A DNA stretch of 64,000 nt from the human T2T-CHM13v2.0 reference genome, Homo sapiens: the NCBI RefSeq assembly GCF_009914755.1, contig NC_060932.1. One strand, 5' to 3'. The notes beneath the pieces were generated by a model. That model ran no database searches, had not been told where the DNA came from, and saw nothing but the letters and a program-made list of their open reading frames with translations. Below are positions 53,251-64,000 of this stretch, piece by piece (the stretch's first letter is position 1; the number at the start of each line of letters is the position of its first letter). The position numbers and the translations under genes were made by a program.

Positions 53251-55959
53251 AAATTTTGAACAGTTTTTTTAACTTAGCCTTTTACCTGATTGTTGATGCC
53301 TTTTCTTCTTTGGTGATCTTGGCAATTCTTAGGACTCTATAGATCACTTCTATGCTGATGACAAAGCCCCATTGCGGTGTGCATCCCCTTTCCTGCTTCT
53401 AGCTGCCTTCCTGATCTATTACAATCAACAGCAACTCTAAACTTGACCTCATTTTCTCCTCCTTTGCTTAGGAGGTTTTCCTAGTGAAAAGTATACACTG
53501 AGATGTCACATTCTCTCTCCTACTCACTAAGATAAGAAACTTCAGTTGCCTGTGATTTCTTCTCTGCCTTGAACTCTACATCCATTGGGTGTAACAAACA
53601 CATTGTTTTCTTGCATAACATTTTGGACATATGTCCTTTCTTTTTATTCTTATTGTCATAAATAACTGATTTTTCCACTTTTCTCTTACATGTCTTCTGC
53701 AATAATCTAGACAGCTTTGGTAGGAAACATCTCACAACTTGGGTGGGATCATTTTTCTGCCATTAGAGGTATCCCAATGCCTAATGAAGAAAGTGTACAT
53801 TGCTGTTTGTAATGAGAAACTTGCTTTCTCTTTATTGATGAGTGAGCTCTTTAGGAGTAGACACCTGCCTTATTTACTACAATACCCTTACCACCTGCCA
53901 TGATGCTGGGCATAAGGTATGTGTTCAGTAAAAAATTGTTGAATTTATCTCTGCAATACAATTTCAACGGGCATTTCCAATCTTATCTCCCATTATTCCC
54001 CTAAACAAACTTTACTGCCAAAGCTAATTTGAACTATTGTCCAGATATACTATTTAACTTTCATGACTTGGATTATGCCATTCTCTCTGCCTAGAATATT
54101 CTTCCTCTGTCTCTATGTGTTACTCTGTTCAGGTACTGAAAAGCCAACAGTTTCCAAGGCCCAGCACCTCTGAGAAGTTCTATCTGATTACCCTGAAACC
54201 ACCGAGGCCCAAAAGAAAGCAACTTCCTCAGTAGAGGAAATGGAACCAGAACCCTGATTTCTCAGCTCTCATGAGCCTAGAAAGAGTAGAGACTCTAAGA
54301 TCCAGAACTGCACATTCTATTTCCCAGTGAGCCATGACATCCTGCCTTGGAGGCTAGAATGATACTTGTCTTACAACTTTATTGGATAATAGGGAGGATC
54401 CCATGGAATGATGGAATTAGTAATCATTTATAAAAGCACAAAATCTTATAAACTGTAGTGAAGTATGTAGTGCATTTCTATTCAATTAAATAAACATGTA
54501 TTAAACTCCTACCTCTACTATACACTGAGCAATGTGCTACAAATGGAATGGTTTCTTCCCACAAAGCGCTGAGTAAGAGAAAGCTGTGGCCTTATTGAAT
54601 CTATTGATTTAGCCTCAATAAATGCAGAAGGATGTCATCTACTCACACGAAGATAAAAGGGTTACAATCATGGACATGGCTTACCTCTCTAAATAGCTCG
54701 CTATATAATTTTGGCAAAGTTCCTTGAACAATTTGGTCCTTAGACTTCCTAGATTGTTCATGGAACTTTCTTCTTAGATTATTATACCCTGTTCTGTGTC
54801 TCAGTTTGCAATTTTTATCCCAGCAGAGGAACTCTAGTTCTAAGAGGGAGATCTGCCCTTGAAAACCGGCTGCCCTTATTACTTCCTGCCTTTCTTTTAA
54901 CTGAGCTCCACTGGCTCAGACACATAATTTTTGTTAACCATGAATGCTTTAATAAACTCAGAGGTCGAATCAATAAAGCCAAGATTTTTGACCAATTGTG
55001 GTCAACACAAGTACCAAAGTAAATTTTTACAAAAGGGTCACCATTCAATTTCTAGTAATTTAGGGCAAATTCCACGTTGGGTTAATTTCATGCTGCATTT
55101 CTGAATTCCCAAAGCAGTTTCTACAGAATGTCATCATGACTATGGGTTTTTTCCCTTGATCCGTCCTAAGACTTGGTGACAGGCAACAAGCCTGAAACAG
55201 CCATTCTATTTCACTGGGGAGAGAGATTGCATGTGTACCTGGAATGAAACCATCTGCTAGAATCTTGCAGCAGTGTGATAATGGAGAATAAAATGGAGAA
55301 TTGTTCAAGGGTCTTAGTTGAAGGTAACAGTATTTACGGGATGACCTAAAACAATTCAAATAAGAAAGCCAGCTTTAAGTAACAATATCCCACTGCTATG
55401 TCACACTAGTGAGGCAGCTCTGGCATGGTCCAGCTTAAAATATGGCTAGTGATTTGATTGTAAAATATTAGCTAGCTCACTGGAGAGCTGGCACAGGACT
55501 TTAGAGGAGACCTGGACTCATTTTTTCAGGTCTCACTCTTCAACCTCAGCATGCCCACTCCCATAGAATCATATATGACCAACACATCTTTATTCCTTGG
55601 ATGGCACGTTTGCAGTTATTCTTAATGAGCATGCTTCCTACTCAACTGACCCGAAATAGTTTGTAAGTAAAATAAAGAGAATTGCCCTAATTTCAACTAT
55701 GATTAATCAATTAGTTGAAAAATCAATTACCTGACAAAAAAAAATCCAAGATTCACTTCGCATGACTTTTTAGTCTTTCATCATTTCCCACATTTGTGCT
55801 CCTGTGTTCAACCAGCTTTGGAAGTAAATTAATAGAAAAAGATGAAGGAACTGCTTTGAATCCATACAAGACATGGTTTATCAAACAGTTCACTAGCAAA
55901 CATAGATGAACCTTGGGTGCATTTCTTTATCATCATTTTTGTGTGAGGCCCTAGGGTGA

Positions 55960-56318
<359 letters not shown>

Positions 56319-56519
56319 CTCACTGTCTAGCTTTCTAAAGACAAACTGGTATTTACACCAATCTCTCCTTGTCACTGCCACTAAACTCCAGTCCACTAGA
56401 GCCCACTCAGAAAACCTTTCTCAACTGATGGGAGCATAAAGTTTGAGATTTTGCGATCACTCTTAAATTTCTTCTATGTTTTAGATGGATATAACTTAAG
56501 ATTTGTAAAGTTCCAAATC

Positions 56520-56875
56520 TTCAGATATAGAACATTTCCAGCACCTCAGAAGGCTCCCTCATGCTCCCTCCCTATAAAGGTAACAACTATTCCAATCTCT
56601 GACACTACAGCTTAGTTCGATCTGCTTTTGAACTTGACGTAAATGTCGTCACGTGGAACGTACTATTTGTGCCTGACTTTGTTTACTCAGCATTACCTCT
56701 GCGTGATTCATTCACATTGTTATATGCATCAGTGCTTTGTTCCTTTTTATTTATAGTAGGAATATAACACAATTTATTTACCTATTCCACAGGTGATGGG
56801 CACTGGAATAGGTAAATATTACAAATAAAGCAGCCAAAAACATTCTTACAAATATCTTTGGGCTGATATGTCTTT
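56520..56875 (-). mobile_element. Old L1M 3' fragment (antisense)
   Basis: agatatagaacatttccagcacctcagaaggctccctcatgc...tttactcagcatt...gattcattcacattgtt. Confidence 0.8.
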
Positions 56876-57412
56876 TCTAAAGAAATCAAAATTTCTAATT
56901 TAATAAATTATATGTTTTCTAGCTTGGAAGACGAAGACAATGAGATCTAATGAAATGAGAGGCTGAGAAAACTGGACCTGATTAGATGCATCCAGACGTA
57001 ATCTGTGCAAAAACCATGTTTTTTCCATCTTCGACATTCTCATGCCTGCTTCTTCCTCCTCCTCTGCTCCCACTCTTAGCAGTGGCAACTCCTGGTGACC
57101 TATTTTTCTTCTGAGGCTTTTCTCATACTATCTCCATATTCTGTCAACTCATAACCACTCAGAAAATTTAATATCGAATAACTGATACTCAGGTTAAAAT
57201 AATGGTTACACTACTCTCCTGAATAATCAAATAACTAATAGGTTTAAATAATAATGACACTACTTTCTTAAGGATATATGCTTATTTACAGGAAACAGGG
57301 ATCTATCTCTGTGGAGAAATTTTAGAAGTCAGTAAAGTTCAGGAGATAGTTTTTGAGTGGGTAAAACTGATTTTCAGTACCAGAAAATCATAAATGAGCA
57401 TCTTTCTTGTGA

Positions 57413-57788
<376 letters not shown>

Positions 57789-58312
57789 TGCCTTTTTATA
57801 ATACATTTAATTTTTTAAAAATGCTGATAAAGACCTCTAGTTTGATATATAATTCTCAGAGTTGCGCTATCGTCTAACTACAATTTTTCACTCATACCCT
57901 TCCTGTCAATTGAAAGCTAAGGGACAGGTAATAAAAGACTACACTTGCATTAATAGTAAAACATACTAGGGAAAAGTTTTTCAGTTACAGTTTCAGAAAG
58001 TTGTTCAGTTGCTATGAGAGTGGAAACTAAATATTTGCTTCCTTCTATTACAAACACAGCAGACCAACCTAACCTAAGTCACCAAAGGAGCAGTTAAAAT
58101 TATTTTCAGTGACATCGTGGGGCTAGGCTTTTTAAAGCAGGATTGAGAAGAAGGCAAAACAACTATAAGGTATCCTTTTGTTTTTTCTTTCTTAACCCAC
58201 TCATCTAACTTTCTGCCTCATTGAGCTTCCTTCTTACAAATAAATGAATTAATTAAGACCCTACTTGCAAGAAAACCTGTGGTTAAAAGGGATCTTAATT
58301 CCTCTTGCATCT

Positions 58313-58356
58313 ATCCATCCATCCATCCATCCATCCATCCATCCATCCATCCATCC
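58313..58356. repeat. (ATCC)11 tetranucleotide microsatellite
   Basis: 11 perfect ATCC units. Confidence 0.97.
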
Positions 58357-58781
58357 ACCTATTAATCCAGTCAACCATCCCTCAGGTGCTTGGCCTGGAT
58401 CCCAGGCTGGTGGGTTACACTGTGGACATCCATCCTATGCTTGAGTGTTTCCAGTGATATGGAATTCATACAAGCCAAGCAGCCAGCTCAGTTCTGACAA
58501 GGTAACAAAGTTGCCTAATTAGAAAGTAATCAATAGCTAGTTTTGATAAGGTGGCATTTTTTCTCATTATTTTATTTCCCATTTTTTTAAGCTTTTTTTT
58601 CCAAACACTGGGAAAATAGGATATTAAAAACAAAAAGCAATTTCATATGTAAATGTCTTTTTAGACTAGGCTCAAAAACCTGGACACAGTGAAGGATGAT
58701 GTTGACAGCTAACATTTTTCTATCTGACTTGGAGCAGGTGAAAGATTTCTCTACAAGTGACATGGACCTGCCAAGCCAAAC

Positions 58782-58925
58782 CAGTGATCCTCAGGTCAGG
58801 CCAAGCTTTGTAACTTGGGGCCCACAGATGTGGTTTGTTTAGCTAGCACAATATTTTTAAAATAATGAGTTAGTTGCCAAGTTTTAAAATTAGACTGTTT
58901 CACATAAAATTTGAGTCTGGCTGAT
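58782..58925. mobile_element. hAT-Charlie (MER102-like) fragment
   Basis: ggcccacagatgtggtttgtttagc...ttagttgccaagttttaaaa...tttcacataaaat. Confidence 0.5.
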
Positions 58926-59056
58926 CCTAACAAAAAGAGGGTGCTTATTTATTTTTATAAAGTTTTTTTCTTAGCTTTAAAGGAGTGGTTTTAGTGATTA
59001 CTATCTCCTATGGTGAAAAAAAAAAACATACTTCCTAGAATTAAATGATTCCTTTC

Positions 59057-59384
59057 TAAAATTTTTCATTTATTTATGTTTCTAGAGACAGGGTCTTGCT
59101 CTGTCGCCCAGGCTGGAGTGCAGTGATATGATCATAGATTACTCCAGCTTGAAACTCCTGGGTTTAAGCAATCTTCCCACCTCAGCCTCCTGAGTAGTAG
59201 GGACTGCAGAATAGCTGAGACTTCAGGTGTGAGCCACCACACCTGCCTAATTTTAAAAAGTATTTGTAGAGATGGGGTCTTGCTATGTTGCCCAGGCTTG
59301 TCTTAAACTCCTGGCCTCAAGGAATCCTATCACCTTGGCCTCCCAAAGGCCAAGGATTACAGCTATGTGCCACTGTGCCTGGCC
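59057..59384 (-). mobile_element. AluJo-like element
   Basis: Antisense Alu; TSD aaatgattcctttc / aagtgattcctttc; small internal duplication near 59195-59225. Confidence 0.94.
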
Positions 59385-60919
59385 AAGTGATTCCTTTCAT
59401 TTAGCTTTAATTTTACTTCTGTTAAATAATTTAAATTTAACACTTCTTTAAAATAAAGAAATATATATCATCTGTTTTATAATTTTCTTTCTCTCCATCT
59501 ATTTACTCATCCATCTACCCTTCCATCTAGAGAGATGTCTAGATTTGTGTTGGCCAAATGATAATGGTGGTTACTTTAGGATGGTGGAATTTTAGATGAC
59601 CTTTAACTTTCTATTTTGTATTTTGCTGTGCTGAATTTTTAGTACTCAACATATTTCATTTTTATATAACATTAGTCCTTGTCATTTAAGAAGTCCTTTA
59701 AAATTAAAATATGTCTCTCTTCTTTTATCTCTTGAACTGAACCTTTAATGGATGTGATTAAGTGAGATCTAAATTAATGGTGAATGCCCTTTTTCAGGTA
59801 ACAAGAAAAATGTGAAAATTTGAGCTTCCTTATTAGACAGGCTTCTCCCCTGATATCAATCCTTATGTATTTAACTCACTGTAGTAATTTAGAAAAACAT
59901 GTTTTATTTCTTTTATTGGTCAATATAATTTAGACGCATGGGCCAAAGTATCAAAAATTTCCACTACCAAATCCTCACCAAGACTTACTGGGTTAAATCT
60001 TGTGGTAAACTATAATAGGATAACAGTCTTAAATAGATACTTGAAATCACATGCAGATTTCCTTTTCTGGAAATAGGGCATTCTAGAATACTGAAAACTA
60101 TTTTGCCAGAGAACACCTAGACAGAGTGGAAAAAGTTGATAAGCTTTCTTTTACATGCATGGTTAGGTTTGCAAGATAGTAAAATTTTTCCAAGGGAGCA
60201 AAAAATTATCCAAAGCACGAAAACAAGAGGTAGCGAAAACCTAAGTATTAATGTAACACTGATTTCAAGCTACCTTATGGGATTTGTTGGTCTTGACAAT
60301 CAAGTGATGTGGGTTGCATAAACCACATCAGGACAGAAGATGAGGCCTTGGGCTTACATAAAATTGGAAGGAAAATAAACAGAGATCCCTACATGCAAGC
60401 TTGAACCCTCACAGAGCTAGGCCTTTAGTGAAAGGTAGATGACTAGGAACCTGATCAGTCTCAGCCTGGATACTGTTTGTGGGAGAGAAAGGTCTCTGTT
60501 GAGTACTGAACAAGAATAAAAATAAAGCATACCAAAACTTGTAGAATGCAGCCAAAGCAATAATTGGAAATGTGCAGCCTCAAATATTTCTATCAGAGAA
60601 GAAGAAGGCTGAAAATTAATGAGCAAAGTAGCTGTCTGTGTTCCCTATAAAACAAAGGGTAAGGCAGTGAGTGATTAAGTGCTAATGCTTCTCTGGAGAG
60701 GTTCCAGGGCAGAAGGAATGAGAGAAAAGGGAAATGAGACAGGGCAGGATGAGAAGCAAGGGAGGGGGCGTGTCCAGGTGCTGCTGGTTGCTTTATCATG
60801 AGCCTTGAAAAGTCGCTGGTTCCATGGCAGCTGTACCCATTTGGTCACTCTTTGGGATCTCCAGAAAGGCAAGACACAGAAACAGTGCCTCACAGCAGCA
60901 TCCCGAGGAGTCGTCCCTC

Positions 60920-61260
60920 TTAGTGTAGGCCTGAGGGCGTGGGGAGGAGCAGCCCTACAGGATAGATGTAAAATCCCACCTGGATCTGTCTTTCCTATAT
61001 TTCCTTTGGAACAAAAGCCTTAAATTGGTGTGGGAAGGACACAAACCCTGTCACCTTCAAGGAATTGGAGAAAATCCACTGAAACTGGGGAAGGGCATGA
61101 GAAAAACCATATTCCATGAAGGTGGGATAAACTTGCTGGGTTCAGACCTATTGATTGGGATCAAAGCAAATCACTGAGGGACTCCTCTCCTGAGACCCAA
61201 GGATGCAGTGCCTGCCAAGGACAGAGACTTAACCAGAGCATCAGAGCCCACCCATGTGCT
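60920..61260 (+). mobile_element. Old L1M 5' UTR-like fragment
   Basis: ggaacaaaagccttaa...aaaccctgtcacc...ctggggaaggg resembles L1M 5' ends. Confidence 0.4.
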
Positions 61261-61351
61261 GCCCCTGGAACCAGTGTAGCATACATTGAGTAACAAGTAA
61301 CAGTGGTCTATGGCTGGGAGAAGGGCAAAAACAACAAGAGAGGTGCTCATG

Positions 61352-61356
<5 letters not shown>

Positions 61357-61396
<40 letters not shown>
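61357..61396. repeat. (TG)20 microsatellite
   Basis: 20 perfect TG units. Confidence 0.98.
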
Positions 61397-61397
<1 letters not shown>

Positions 61398-61689
61398 ATC
61401 CACATTGTGTGCACACGCTCATGTGCACACGCCTAACACACTGAGGCAGCCTGCATGGCACCCAGACCAGAGCACCTGTGCGGTCACACAAACACTCGAG
61501 TGGACACTGGCTCACTCACACCTCCATGTGGCACCTCAGCGCCCACCAGCTGCTCAGTACCTTGTCCACACACACTTCTTGTAGCACAATGGGAAGACCT
61601 AAAGCGGAATATGGAGAAGACCCTATGAAAGCCCCTGGCATGCCAGCCCCCATCCTACAGGAGTTTGAACCTCCCTCTCACTCTTTGCA

Positions 61690-63175
<1,486 letters not shown>

Positions 63176-63419
63176 AAGTCAAAAAGAATTCCATGGTATG
63201 TCACTATCCAAAGACAACCTTATTAACATTTTTTTGTTTGTAAAATTTTCTGAAATCATTTTTAAAAAACTGCACTTGCTGCTTCCTACACGTGAACAAT
63301 AGACCCAGAAAACTTTACAGATGAGTTTTACCAAACATTCAAGGAATTGATGGCTTAACTATCTCAAAGTATAATACATAGGAAAAGGGGCAAAATTTTC
63401 CTAGTTCGTTTTATATGAC

Positions 63420-64000
63420 TATAAATAAAAAGAACCAAACAGAAATTCTGGAGCTGAATAATACATTAAAAAAGAACCAAAGAGAGATTCTGGAGCTGGA
63501 TAATACATTAATACCTCTGGAAATGAGGTACAGAGCGTCAACAGCAGACTTGATCAAGGAGAAGAAAGAATCTGTGAATAAAAAGGCCAGTAATTTGAAG
63601 TTATCCAGAGAAGAAAAAGTAAAAAAATTAAAATAAAAAAAGTGAAGAAAGACTCCAGGATTTATGAAATGTTATCAGGTAAAATAATACATGCATAATG
63701 AAGAATTTAAGAGGAAAAGAGAGAGAGAGAGAAAGCGGCAGAAAGCTTGTTTCAAGAAAGAATGGTTGAAAACTTTCCAAAACTTAGAAAGGATGTGGAC
63801 ATCCAGACTTTTGATGTTCAGACTTCCACCAAAAGATCAACTCAAAGATGATTACACAGAGACACATTATAATCAAATTATTAAAAGTCAAAGACAAAGA
63901 GGATTCCAAAAGCAGCAAGAGAAAAGCAGGAAAATTCCATGAGGCTATCAGTGGATTTCACAGGAGAAACCTTGCTGGCCAGGAGGGGAGTGATATATTA
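63420..64000 (+). mobile_element. L1 ORF1 fragment (old L1M/L1PB-like), running off the window edge
   Basis: KKNQTEILELNNTL coiled-coil peptide; aaaactttccaaaactt; gacacattataatcaaa; atcagtggatttcacaggagaaacctt. Confidence 0.85.

Overview
Primate genomic DNA (human or very close great ape) covering the 3' half of ADRA1A (alpha-1A adrenergic receptor), transcribed on the minus strand. The second coding exon (15486-14969: TM7, NPIIY motif, C-tail; Arg347 allele) is present. So are three alternative terminal exons that can be read from the sequence: 10969-10871 (455-aa form), 1567-1547 (429-aa form, with a second frame to 1332) and a MIR-derived exon at 24255-24110 (342-aa 6-TM form). Everything to the right of 15486 is the large intron; the first coding exon lies outside the window. 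The intron holds a full-length antisense RPLP1 processed pseudogene (16487-16999) and many Alu, L1, MIR, L2, hAT and microsatellite repeats; an MLT1 LTR and a Tigger4b lie in the 3' region. The least explained structures are a ~430-bp, ~85%-identical inverted duplication of apparently non-TE sequence (50507-50936 / 51528-51955), a hairpin-rich replacement scar inside an Alu (31266-31311), a ~295-bp orphan insert inside a MER58B, and a composite nuclear-receptor motif (27478-27496). I see no convincing evidence of a wholly new gene system; nearly all ORFs in the track are chance ORFs or repeat-derived. Repeat subfamily names and published isoform matches come from memory, not from searches.
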